Below, piece after piece: positions 51,795-64,000 of a stretch of DNA of 64,000 nt (its first letter is position 1; every line of letters starts with the position of its first letter). The notes beneath the pieces were generated by a model that searched no databases, had not been told where the DNA came from, and saw only the letters and a program-made list of their open reading frames with translations. The stretch covers positions 191,394,001-191,458,000 of the forward strand of contig OZ024742.1 of assembly GCA_964016885.1 (NCBI GenBank). The letters are read 5' to 3'. Source of the stretch: Eledone cirrhosa. Lineage: Eukaryota. Made by a program: the position numbers and the translations under genes.

Positions 51795-54700
51795 CCTTGA
51801 ATCTCAGTCATTGATGTTGGTTAACTGGAAAGTCCGTTGGATTGAATATCAAGCCACTACCTGCAGCCTCAGATATTCAGGACGTATCGGAGGGTTCTCG
51901 CTGTACCAAGCAAGCATGCCTTTTGAAGCGTTCCAAAAAGCGTGAAGGGGCCGATTTTCTTTAACCATCCCTGGAAACCTTTGGAGATAGTCCCCAGTGC
52001 GCCTATGACAATCGGGATCACTTTGACTTCATGGCAGTTCCAAATCCTTTTCACCTCCCACTTTAGGTCCTGGTATCGGTTAATTTTCTCCCTCTCCTTC
52101 TCTTGCACTCTCGTGTCAATCGGGCAGGCCACATCCACAATCAGGCACGATCTTTTTTCTTTGTCCACAACCACCAGGTCAGGTCTATTGTGTTCCAGTT
52201 TTTTGTCCGTCTGTATCCTAAAATCCCACAGCACCTTCACCTGACTGTTCTCCATCACCGCCTCTGGCCTATGCTCATACCATTTCTCAGAATGTGGTAG
52301 ATTGTTTACTTTGCACAGGTGCCAGTGGATCACCCTGCCCATCACATCGTGTCTCCAGCCCTTATAGTGGGTCTGGGCTAGGTGTTTACACTCGGACACA
52401 ATGTGAGCCACAGTCTCCTCTCTCTCTCCACAGATCCTGCACAGTGGGCTAGCCTCCTCCTTGTAGATATGGTGCTTCAACCACTTCGTTTTGAGGGCCT
52501 GCTCCTGCGCAGCCATTAGCATTACTTCTGTAGCCTTTTTGAGGTCTCCTCTTCTCAACCAGTTCCATGTCTGTGGATCTCTAAATTCAGTTTTCTCAAA
52601 GAAGGTACTATGAAGGGATTTTCCCTTAAGGGTGCTCTTCCTCCTTGATGTTATTTCCTCCTTGGATATCCCCTGGCCTACTGTCCCCTCCTTCAGTACA
52701 GCTCTGAGCATTGGCTCCTTACTATAGGTCACGTATTTGTATAGGTTGTTTTTCTCCATCTGAACACAGTCCTCTATGCTGATAAGACCTCTTCCACCCT
52801 CAGATCTCCTTAGGTAGAGTCTATCGACATCACTCCTCTTGTGGAACATGTTGTAGATAGTCAATATCTTCCTAGTCTTCCTATCCATTTCTTTTTGTTC
52901 AGCAACATTCCATCTCAGAATTCCCGCACTGTACCTAATAATAGACACAGCTCGGGAATTTACTGCGCTTATGGCATTTCTGCTGTTCAGATGTGACTTC
53001 AATACGCTCCTTACTCTCCGAATGTATTCAGTTCTTAACAATTGAAGGATTTGTTGTTCTTTATGCCATCAGCCTCCAGAACGCCCAAATACTTGTATCC
53101 TTCCTCAGAGTCAATTTCCTTTATCATCTCACCTGTTGGTATCTGGATCCCGTTACTTCTGCTCAACCTACCCCTCTTCATCACAATGACTCCACATTTA
53201 CCAATACCAAACTGCATACATATATCACTGCTGAAAATACGGACAGTGTCAACAAGCACATCCAACTCCTTCTCACTTTTCCCGAAGAGCTTAAGATCGT
53301 CCATGAAGAGGAGGTGATTGATGGTAAGCTCTCCCCTTCCCAACTTGTATCCTGCTCTCACTTTTCGCAGCATAATGGTCAAGGGCATCAGGGCAAGGAC
53401 AAACAACAGAGGGGACAGGCTATCTTCACGCTTCCCAAGGATACTCCAGTTGATGTCAACTCTGTCTCCCAGGACCCCATACTCCTGTCCAGCAACTGTC
53501 TGATGTTATCTGCCACCCTGAAGATCTCCAGGCTTTTGGTGATCCAGGAATGAGGCACCATGTCAAATGCCTTTCTGTAGTCTATCCATCCCATGGCAAG
53601 ATCAGTGTGTCTCCTCCTGCAATTCCCCATTACCATCTTATCAATAAGCAACTGGTCCTTTGTACCACGTGACTTCTTTCGGCATCCTTTCTGTTCGTCC
53701 GGTAACAAGTTGTTTGTGTGGAGGTGATGGTAGATTTCCTCAGACACAATGCTCGTCAACAGTTTCCACATTACGGGCAGACATGTGATAGGTCTATAGT
53801 TGGTAACATCATTACCCTTGATTCGGTCTTTCATTATCAGAACTGTGGTACCTTTTGTCAACCACTCTGGCACCTCACCCGACACCAAGCAGTCATTGAA
53901 CATGGCCGTCAGCTTCGGGTGGAGGGATGTTAAATGTTTAATCCAATACCCCTGCACACCATCTGGGCCTGGTGATTTCCAGTTTGTTAGTTTTTTGGCT
54001 TGCCCCTTAAGAGTTTCAACTGTGATACTCAAATCAGTCTGTTGTTGTGCCTGCTTACCGATCTCCCTCTGTACTGTCTCAATCCACCCTGCCTGGGCAT
54101 TGTGTCTAACATCCTGCTCCCATATTCCTCTCCAGAATGTTTTAGCTTGTTCCGCCCCAGGGATCAAGTCGTTGCCTCTTTCTTTCCCCTCAAGCTGTCC
54201 AAACAACATCTTCTGGTTGTTGTCGAACATGCGGTTCTGTTTATACTGACTGACTCTGTTCTCGTATCGCCTGATTTTGGCACTCTTTGCTACAATGCGT
54301 TGCTTCAATTCCTCTATGATAATATTTAGCTTTTTACTCCTAGTTTTGTATTTTATTTCCAGTCTATTTTTAGTGCCTATGTTTTTTAGTGTCCCATTCA
54401 GTAGTGACTCAAGCTTTCCTATGTCATTTCTCATTTCCCCGATTTGCCCACTCAGTCGCTTCTTCCACCACGGCTCTGCTCTTTCTTGTCTGTTGTTTCC
54501 TCTCGCTTTTATACCAAGTAGTTTCCTCACCGTATTTGCTGTTGCTTTGAGTATATTGTTGCACTGGTGAAGACTCCTCGCCTCAAGGTATGGGATGACT
54601 TTGTTTACCTTAGCTGTTGTTTCTTTTAACTTTTTCCTGTCTACAAATCTTAGGTTCATAGGTCTCCCACTATCATTGTTCAACTCATCTACCACTAAAT

Positions 54701-56300
54701 TTAGGATGTCAACCGAATCTTGTCCTAGCCCGTCAGCATTCATCTCCTCAGTGGCCGTATCTCTGTTCCAGGTATTATTTATCTCAGTATTCAGATCATT
54801 GTCTGCTTCGGGTGGTTCCTCCGTTCTCAGGACCTCCTCACCTTCATTTCCCGCCGGCTCGCCTGTCTGGCATACTACACCCGCCATCTCCAAGCCATTC
54901 TCTCTGCTCAGTTCCTCCAGTTCCAGCTCGCTTATCCACCCATTAGTTCTTATTACCCGAGCCTGCCCGGCCAATTTTTGTTCATCTAATTTAAATAAAC
55001 CAATCTCGTTCCAGATGTTATGCATCCGTCTCCTGTAGCCCCTCTCCTTGGGGTTACTTTTCAGGTAGCATTGCATAACAGTTTTATTCAATTCTTTCGT
55101 CCAGTTGGTTCTGGCCCCTTTCCTTCTTCTCCTTCCTCCAACATCAGCAGTATTTGGTTGACAGTCAGGTTCCTGCTGCTGAGCCAGGGGGCACCTGTTG
55201 GGTGAGAGTCTGTCACATGACGTTCTAGTCTCCATTTCACCGTTATTCGAACTGTTTATGTTCGATATTTAAACACTCTTATCGAGGATTGGCGAATGTA
55301 TGTTTACATAGCCATCTGTGGATCCGCCATCCCACTTGGCCCTTGTGTGGCATTATCACCACGCTGTATACGAACACACATAAACAAACAAACACACGGG
55401 CAGAAAGGGCCCCAAAAATGAATAAGCATAAGTTTCATTGTAATGTAGTATTCGAATGTCTGACTTAGTTTTTGTTTTTTAAGTTTTACTTTTTCCCCCC
55501 TCTTCTCTGTCCGTCCGCTTGCTTCTCTCTTCATTCTTATTTTCTTTACGTTTTTGGGGTTTCTTTTTTTGTTTTTGTTTTTCTCTGTTTGTTTTTCTCG
55601 TTTTTTGCTGTTGTTGCTGTGCTGCTTTGGTTTTGTTGTTTGTTTTTTCTTTTTTCTTTTGAGTCTATCTATATATTTTGATGCCTTCCTCTTTGTTAGT
55701 AGTAGGAATTCTATAATGTGGAAGTGGCAGCCAGCAGAGACTGGCGGCGTTGGCGATACTGAGACAGTGGTGGTGGTGATGTCGATACCGAGGCAGTGGT
55801 GGCGGTGATGCGACCGTATTACTGTAGTGATGGTGCTGTAGCGGTGGCAGCAGCAGTGAAGGAGTCAAGGGGTGGTGGCGGCGGTGATGGGATAGTGGTG
55901 GTAATGATGGCCGTAGTGAGCGGTGGCGGTGAAGGTGAAAATGCTGTTGTGTTTAGTGTACACAGATGATGGGGTGGGTGGTGTATCTAGTTTCTGGTGT
56001 TGGTGAGTTTAGCTGTCCTATATAGTGTAGCCAGAGGAGAGGAGGGGGGGGGGTTCTTCTTCTTCCATTCATAGCCATTTTTTGGGGGGGATATACAGTG
56101 TACAATACAAAGTTGAATATTTGAATATTTGAGCCTTATAACAATATATTTTGGGTCCGAATTTTTTGGGGCTCAAGCCGGGTGCTTTACGTAGCATTTG
56201 TACTAAGAGTTGTTATTTCACAAATGATTTAAATATGTTAAAAATTCAAAACTTACGGGAGCGATTTCATGACCTCCGTCACCTCGTGCGTCTTCTTCCC
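51795..56300 (-). mobile_element. R4/Dong-type RLE non-LTR retrotransposon, family B, probably full length
   Basis: ORF 55235-51869: WTKELN, WKSPGPDG, NYRPITCL, WIDYRKAFD, HLLFMDD, CRIC..ETVAHIVSEC, RHD, RPDLVV..DVACP..K..RY; GIFQG motif deleted at ~53420; (TAA)n tail; leader shared with copy at 61931-64000. Confidence 0.9.
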
Positions 56301-56308
56301 TTATTCTT

Positions 56309-56370
<62 letters not shown>

Positions 56371-56371
<1 letters not shown>

Positions 56372-59300
56372 GTTGCATTTATCTTGCTTTATGTTCCTAC
56401 GAGTTATCACCAAGTCACAACCAGTGACCTCAAGAGACAACAAGGTCCGCAATGTTGAAGAAAGAACATACATACACACACATGCATCTTTAGGTGTTTA
56501 GACTTATGATGTACTTATATTGACAGAATCTTCCTTAGTAGTATCCATTAGTACTATCTTTTATATTTCTCCTATACGCGGGTTTCCTAGGATTTGCGAT
56601 AAGTAATCATTAGACCCCTTAGGTATCATTCCTGGAGCGCCTACAACCACTGGTATTGTTTTAGTTCTCAATTTCCACATTTTTCCAATTTCTATCTCCA
56701 GGTCCTTATACTTGCTCAATTTTTCAAATGTTTTTATAGATACATTCTTGTCTATTGGACCGGACATATCAATTAGCAGGCATACCTTCTTTTTAAAGTC
56801 CTTCAGTATTATATCAGGTCTATTTGCATCTATTTTTCGGTCTGTTTGGATGCTAAAGTTCCACAAGATTGAGATCTGATCTTTTTCAAGTATGGCAGGT
56901 GGTTGATGTTCCCACCAATTCTTTTGATGGGGCTGGTCAAAATGCTTACACATTATCCAATGTATGTATTGTGCAGCTCTGTCATGCTGTTTACGTATTC
57001 GGTTGGAGCTATAGGACTGCACATTGAAATTATATGATCAATGGTCTCTGGTTGTTTTTTACATACACGGCATAATGGGCTGCATCCATTTTTTATTATG
57101 TTGGCTTGGTAATTTTTTGTTGGCACACACTGATCTTGTGCTGATATAATCAGTCCTTCAGTCTCCGACTTCAGTCCAGAGGATGCCAACCACTGATGGG
57201 TTAAAGTTTTGCCAACATCAGGATTGTTAGCTCTTTCTGGCTTTCTTGCCATTTCTTAGCCAGTCTCTGTAGCAGTTCTTTCTTTGCAGTTACTTTTACC
57301 TGCTTTGCTTTTTCTGTGTTTTCAATTTCTGACATTTGTAGTCAATTACTGTATCTTTGTGCATCTTTTGTAATGGAGTATGATCTTTTGATGCTTTCGT
57401 GTTTCAAAACGAGTTTGATCATCCAATCATGTGATTCCCTTAGATATGTAGATAATCCAATTGTTGCTGTTTTCAACGCAATATCTAACTGGATTAACCC
57501 ACGTCCTCCTTCTTTCTTAGGGAGATATATTCTATCTGTATCTGCCTTAGGGTGATGCATTCTATGCATGGTTAAGGATTTTCTAATTTATGTATCGAGC
57601 CTACGGATCTCTGTGCTTGACCAGTTGATGACATTGTAACTGTAGGTTACTACTGGTATGGCAAGCGTGTTTATGACATCGATCCTATTCCTTGCATTCG
57701 ATTCCGTTCTTAAGATTGCTCTTACTCTGCGGTAACATTCCTTCCTTATCCTTTCCCTCATTGTCGAGTGCTTGATTCCGTTTCCTTCACAAACACCTAG
57801 ATGTTTGTAAGTTTCCTCTTGATCAAGTTCTCTTATCACATTCCCCCGATCAAGATTAATGTCTGAAATTTTCAGCAGCTTTCCTCTGGTGAACGTTGCT
57901 TTGGCGCATTTATCTAGTCCAAACTCTATTTTAATGTCATCACTGAACTGTGCCACAGTGGATAATAGCCCTTGCAATTGTTCATCATTTTTTGCAAATA
58001 GTTTCAGGTCATCCATGTAGAACAAGTGATTAATGGTTTTGTCATAGACTTTATATCCATGTTTTGTTTCATTGAGCATTTTACTTAATTGTATAAGTGC
58101 GATGCAGAATAAGAGCGGTGATAAAGAGTCACCCTGAAAAATTCCACAATTAATATTAAACTCTCGAACTTCCAGTGATTTTTTTTCACTATACAAAAGG
58201 AGTGTCGTTTTCCATGTCTTCATACTGAATGACAGGAACCTCCTGACAACGGGAGATATTTTAAAAATCTCTAAACATTTTTCAATCCAACTGTGTGGCA
58301 AACTATCGAATGCTTTTATATAATCTATCCAAGCAATTGATAGATTTTTGTGTCTATTATGACAATCTTCCAGTATCATTTTGATAACCAAAAGCTGATC
58401 CTTACAGCCATATGAGCCTCGTTTACACCCATTCTGCTCATTGGGAAATAGGTCATTTGTTATCAGGTGGTCATATGTATATTCAGTTAGGACTGATGTT
58501 AACATTTTATACATTGTGGTCAAGCAAGTTATCGGTCTGTAACTTTTGGGATTGTTTGTCTCATCAGTCTTCGGAAGCAGGGATGTAATGCCGTTAACTA
58601 GCCATGATGGTATCTTTTCTGGCTCCTTAACTATTTCATTGTAAAGTTGGGCTAACAGCTCGTGAGACTCTGTGAAGGCATTTATCCTAAAATGTTGTAT
58701 TTTGTCTTTTCCTGGGGATTTCCATTTGCTGGTTTTTCTAAGAGCCAAACGCAATTGTTCAACTGTTATATTTTACCATATTTGTTCCTTAAGGTGAGCT
58801 GTATCTTTCATTTGCCTGTCTATCCATGGGGCATGTATATTATAAACTTTTTCTTCGGCCCAGATCTTTTCCCAGAATTCTTGCACTTCCTCCTTGGGTG
58901 GTATTGATTTAACAGTTATTGTTGACTTGCCAATTTTTCTGGAGAAGCTTCTTTGGTTGTTTTTGAACATATTATTGTCCCTATAGAATCTAGATCGTTT
59001 TTCAAAGCGCCTTATACGAGCAGCTTTGGCCGACACTTTTTGCTTGATTATTTCTAGTGTATACTGTATTTTCTTTTCAATTTTCTAAGTTTAGTTTGCT
59101 TAACATGTTCACCTACTTTGTAGTTTGTTAAAATTTCTATGTCAGATCGGAGAAGGTTTATTTGGCGATTGATGTTCTCTTGCCAAGTAGATTTCTTATG
59201 GGAATTCCTTTGTTTTTTTCATTTTCTCTCCACATAAGTGAGTGGTGACTTTAGCTGATGCATAATAGAGATGATTTAAATCAGTAATGTTTCGTTTGTT

Positions 59301-60260
59301 TGAGATGAAAATGTTTTTGAGAATTATGTTAGTCTTGTGTATTATCTTTTGGTTCTGTTTGGAGTTCTGGATCTTAGGGAGGGTGTCTCGTTTCCCCATG
59401 TCAGATTCTTTCATTTTCATCCATTCGATCATAATTTCATCCTTCAAGTTGGCAAGTTCATTCTCATTCATTTCTTTATCATTTATGATCTCGTTGTTTT
59501 CATTTCGAGTTTAATCTTGAGCATGCACTCCCTCCACTTTTTAGATCCTTTCTTTAATTTGTTCTGTTGTCAGTGATTCCGCCCCAACCCTGGGATTCGA
59601 AGTGTTACAATTTACCTCGTTTTCACTGACACATGTTTCATTTTCCCTTCGCTGACTTTGTGCTAATAGCTTGATCTGATCAATTTCTATATCAGTTAGT
59701 AACTTTTTTTTAACAATATTTCTTCGTATATTGGCTACTTTGTTACTGTCAATATAGCCTCTGTTTCCGGGATGTTTCTTTTTCCAGTTGATATATGTCT
59801 GTTCTGTATTCGATCTATTTGATGGGTAGTATATAGCAGTGTAGAAAGCTTCAAGGACTTCTTTATTATCTTCCCATGATATTTTTCTCTCTTTTTCTTT
59901 GGATTTCTTGGTGGTGAGCATGGAGGGCCAACATTAGGAGTATTCCGGTTATGGGAGGTCTCCAGCTCCGAAGTGATGGGAAGGTTTGAAACATTAGCTG
60001 ATTTTTCGACCCCAGTCTGGTTCCTCTCTGTAGGAGAATAGTGGTGGTAGCAATGAAGGAGTGGTGGCGGCGGTGATGGGATAGTGGTAGCAATGAAGGA
60101 TGGAGTGGTGGCAGCAGTGATTATAGTGATGGCGTTGTCGTTACTGAGTTTTGTTGAATAGACTGTAGCTGGTTTGATCTGTGTATCTATCCGGTTTGTC
60201 GCATATGTTTAATATATGTGTTGACATATTCTCTTAATATTTGAATTAAACATTTTGAGA
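56371..60260 (-). mobile_element. R4/Dong-type RLE non-LTR retrotransposon, family C, decayed
   Basis: WKSPGKD, YRPITCL, GIFQGDSLSPLLF, HLFYMDD, CRVC..ETIDHIISMC, QHD, RPDIIL; many stops and frameshifts; (TAA)n tail at 56338-56370. Confidence 0.88.
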
Positions 60261-60264
60261 AAAC

Positions 60265-61932
60265 TTGAGATACAATAACAGTAATTCAAACTGCAGCAAG
60301 AAGGAAAACAGCAACAAAATCCCCCCTCCCCCCCAAAAGTACACAGCCATAAACATGGCAAAAAAAGAACTAATACAATATATAAAGCAGCACACAGACA
60401 TCACAGAAAAAAACTACTACACCCCACCAACACCAAGAACTCTCCCGACAAACATAAGCATCATTGAAATCTCAATAGAACAGTAAAAATCTTTAAAACA
60501 AAAATTCCGCAACGCAGTTGGAGACTTCAGAGGGTCGGTTACCAAGAGGATATACTGACATCCTCTTGGAAACACCCATGACCAGCGAAAGGGACGGTTC
60601 TACTGTCCCTTCACCACACGATGAAGGTAAGTGACCCTTTCTCACTTGCCCCGTTTCTCATCCAACATGGCCATACTCAGAATAGGCAGTATAAATGCAC
60701 GTGGCCTGGGGTCATCTTGGAAGCAGGGTCACCTGCTCAACGACCTCAGGTCACTAAACACAGATGTGGTGGCCAACAGTGAGACCAGAATCTCCGAAGC
60801 ACAAGCCTTCGCACCGATCTTCGGCGGCTACGATGTATACGCATCTCCCAGCCGTCCCGGATCGGGGGGAGGGGTTGCCGTCCTTTTTCAGTGAGGCTTG
60901 GATCTCGCCATACGGGCCATCTTCCTAGATCCAGAAGGTAAGTCGATGGTGCTGCACGTGACCGGCAGCGAAGGCAATGCTTTCTGGCTAGTAGCCGTCT
61001 ACGCCCCAACAGGGGCAGGACGGCCAGATTTCTTCAGACGTCTAGAGACCTTTCTTGAAACGTCCCCCTCTTTAGTGTTAGTGGGCGACTGGAACGGTAT
61101 CTTGGATGCACGCTGGGATTGCGTGGGGCTAGTGGATAGGGGAGGAGGGTGCAAGAGCCTCACCAACCAGCTCAGACGTTTTGAACGGTCTGACAGGTAT
61201 CGACTGGATCACCCGAATGTGCCAATGTGGAAATGGCCAAACCGCATCGGGTCATCCAGATCGTATCTCGATAGGATATTCTGCAGAGAACTAGATAAGG
61301 CTAGTATAAGTTGTCCACAATTTAAAATAGTCGACTACACAGACCACAAATTTGTGATCTGTGAGATCGACATAGACAGACTTCATAGACTGGTTACTGG
61401 AAGCTGAACGCGTCTTTCCCGGCGCGCAAAGCCTACAGAGACAGGATTAGCGTATTAGTTAAGAGGGCGTTGACGGAAGCGGTCCTCAACAGGTGGTGGT
61501 TCGCCCTGAAAAGGGCAATTAAAGTAGAGTCGATTAGGTTTAGCAAAGGAGTAGTGATAGAGGAAAATAGAGTAGAGGGAAAGTTAGTCAGAAAGAGGCG
61601 TTTAGGACAGGCATCGCAACCGACGTGCTTGCGGCGAGATTGGCACTCGACCAATTCGTCAACGCAAAACACGAAGGCTGCGTCGTCAGAGCTAGAGCGC
61701 GTGCTCTGAAACACGAGGGGACAAAAGCCGTCCAATGGGCCCGGGGGGCAGAGGCACGACGTGGTAACAAAGCCACAATTCGGTCTTTGTCTGACCAAAA
61801 CAAGTGTGTGATGCTCGAACCCGTGCGGATGTGTGAAGCTTTTAAGCAGCACTTTGCTGAACTGTTCGAGAGCAGCGGCGTCCCGGATCGGGGCATGGAC
61901 TTCAGTGCATACCTCGACGTACTGCCACGGCT
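60265..61932 (+). mobile_element. Internal fragment of a divergent Tx1 subfamily (ORF1 C-terminus, APE domain, linker)
   Basis: MAILRIGSINARGL, GDWN, YLDRIF, TDH; ORF1 tail only loosely similar to the other two copies. Confidence 0.9.
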
Positions 61933-64000
61933 GGTCCTTTGTACCACGGGACTTCTTTCGGCATCCTTTTTGTTCGTCCGGTAACAAGTTGTTTGTGTGG
62001 AGGTGATGGTAGATTTCCTCAGACACAATGCTTGTCAACAGTTTCCACATTAAGGACAGACATGTGATAGGTCTATAGTTGGTAACATCATTACCCTTGA
62101 TTCGGTCTTTCATTACCAGAACTGTGGTACCTTTTGTCAACCACTCTGGTACGTCACCTGACATCAAGCAGTCATTGAACATGGTTGTCAGTTTTGGGTG
62201 GCGGGATGTTACATTTTTAATCGAATACCTTGCACACCATCTGGGCCAGGTGATTTCCAGTTGGTTAGATTTTTGGCCTGCCCCTTGAGAGTTTCAACTG
62301 TGATACTCAAATCAGTTTGTTGGTGTGCCTGTTCACTAATCTCCTTTTGTACTGTTTCAATCCACACTGCCTGGTCATTATGTGTAACATCCTGCTCCCA
62401 TATTCCTCTCCAGTATGTCTTAGTTTGTTCCGCCTCAGGGATCAAGTCGTTGCCTTTTTCTTTCCCTTCAAGCTGTCCAAACAACATCTTCTGGTTGTTG
62501 TCAAACATGCGGTTCTTTCTATACTGACTGATTCTGCTCTGGTATCGCCTAATTTTTGCACTCTTTGCTACAATGCGTTGCTTCAGTTCCTCTATGATAA
62601 TATTTAGGCTTTTCCTCCTAGTTTTGTACTTTATTTCCAGCCTATTTTTAGTGTCTATGTTTTTTAGTGTCCCATTCAGAAGGGACTCACGCTTTCCAAT
62701 GTCATTTCTCATTTCCCTGATTTGACCATTCAGTCGTTTCTTCCACCAAGGTTCTGATCTTTCTTGTTTGTTGTTTCCTCTCGCTTTTATGCCAAGTAAT
62801 TTCCTCGCCGCATTTGCTGTGCTTTGAGGATATTGTTGCACTGGTGAAGGGTCCTCGCCTCAAGGTATGGGATGACTTTGTTTACCTTAGCTGTTGTTTC
62901 TTTTAACTTTTTCCTGTCTACAAAGCTTTCATAGTTCATAGCTTTCCCACTATCATTGTTCATTTCATCTACCACCAAGTTTAGGATATCAAACAAATCT
63001 TGTCCTAGCCTGTCAGCATTCATCTCCTCAATGGCCGTATCTTTGTTCCAGGTATTATTTATTTCAGCATTCAGATCATTGTCTGATTCGGATGGTTCCT
63101 CAGTTCTCTCAACCTTTTCACCTTCATTTCCCACTAGCTCATTTGCCTGGTATACTCCACTCGCCATTTCCAACCTGATCTCTGTTTTCAGTTCCTCCAG
63201 GTCCAGCTCGCTTATCCACCCATTAGTTCTTATTACCCGAACCCGCCCGGCCAATTTTTGTTCATCTAATTTAAATAGACCAATCTCGTTCTAGATGTTA
63301 TGCATCCGTTTCCTATAGCCTTTTTCCTTGGGGTTACTCTTCAGGTAACATTGCATAACAGTTCTATTCAATTCTTTGTCCAGTTGGTTCTGGTCCCTTT
63401 CCTTCTTTTCCTCCGACACCAGCAGTATTTGGTTGACAGCCAGCTCCCTACTGCTGGGCCAGGGAGCACCTGCTGGGTGAGAGTCTGTCACATGACATTC
63501 CAGTCTCCACTTCACCGTTATTCGAACTGTTTTGGTTCGACATTGAAACACACTTATCGAGGATTGGTGAATGTATGGTTACATAACCACCGGTGATTTC
63601 ATCACCTCCGGTGATTTGATCACCCTCGGTGATTTTAGCGTGGCACTATCACGCTGTAGACGAACATAAATAAACAAACAAACAAATAGGTAAACAAAAA
63701 CAAAATAAGCATAAGTAATGTAATGTTTGAATGTCTGACTTAGTTTGTTTTGCTTGTCTGTCTGTCTGTTTGTTTTTCTTTTCTTTTTTCTTTTCTTTAC
63801 GTTTTTCGTTGCTGATGTGCTGTTTTGATTTTTGATTTTTGATTTTTTGATTTTTTGACCGGGTCATCAAATCAGTCTATTTATATCTTGTGATGCTACC
63901 ATGGGAGAGAATAGCGGCGGTAGCGATAATGAGGCAGTGGTGGTGGTGATGTGATCGTAGTACTGTAGTGATGGTGTTGAAGTTGAAGTAGAAATAGAAG
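61931..64000 (-). mobile_element. Second Dong family B copy, 3'-deleted, running off the window edge
   Basis: Colinear with 53652-55850; stops at KKSRGTKDQ. Confidence 0.9.

Noticed and set aside
61433-62182. Novel 249-aa RT fusion protein
   Set aside because: Read-through from a broken Dong RT into antisense Tx1 across a deletion junction

Overview
AT-rich animal (metazoan) genomic DNA with no recognisable host protein-coding gene. The dense (TA)n/(CA)n/(TG)n microsatellites and the repeat content resemble an octopus-type cephalopod genome (inference). Almost all non-simple sequence is mobile DNA: (i) Penelope-like element (PLE) fragments with inverted pseudo-LTRs; (ii) a complete but decayed 7-kb Helitron (14346-21316); (iii) two full-length and one partial Tx1/L1-clade LINEs in (ATT)n tracts; (iv) two families of R4/Dong-type RLE LINEs in (TAA)n tracts; (v) RTE fragments, tRNA-derived SINEs, a TTAA MITE and a U6 pseudogene. 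Three signals stand out. First, about 15 type-I hammerhead ribozyme motifs from several unrelated families, many as opposite-polarity pairs in compact DNA palindromes, including a family with a conserved non-consensus CAGAAGA core. Second, a conserved AG|GTAAGT...polypyrimidine...CAG 52-54 nt candidate mini-intron at the Tx1 ORF1/ORF2 junction, whose removal fuses ORF1 to ORF2 in frame in the best copy. Third, Tx1, a SINE and Dong elements all occupy the same ATT/TAA microsatellite, with opposite strand preference. Most ORFs in the supplied track are microsatellite artefacts. All structures were read by eye and none were computed.
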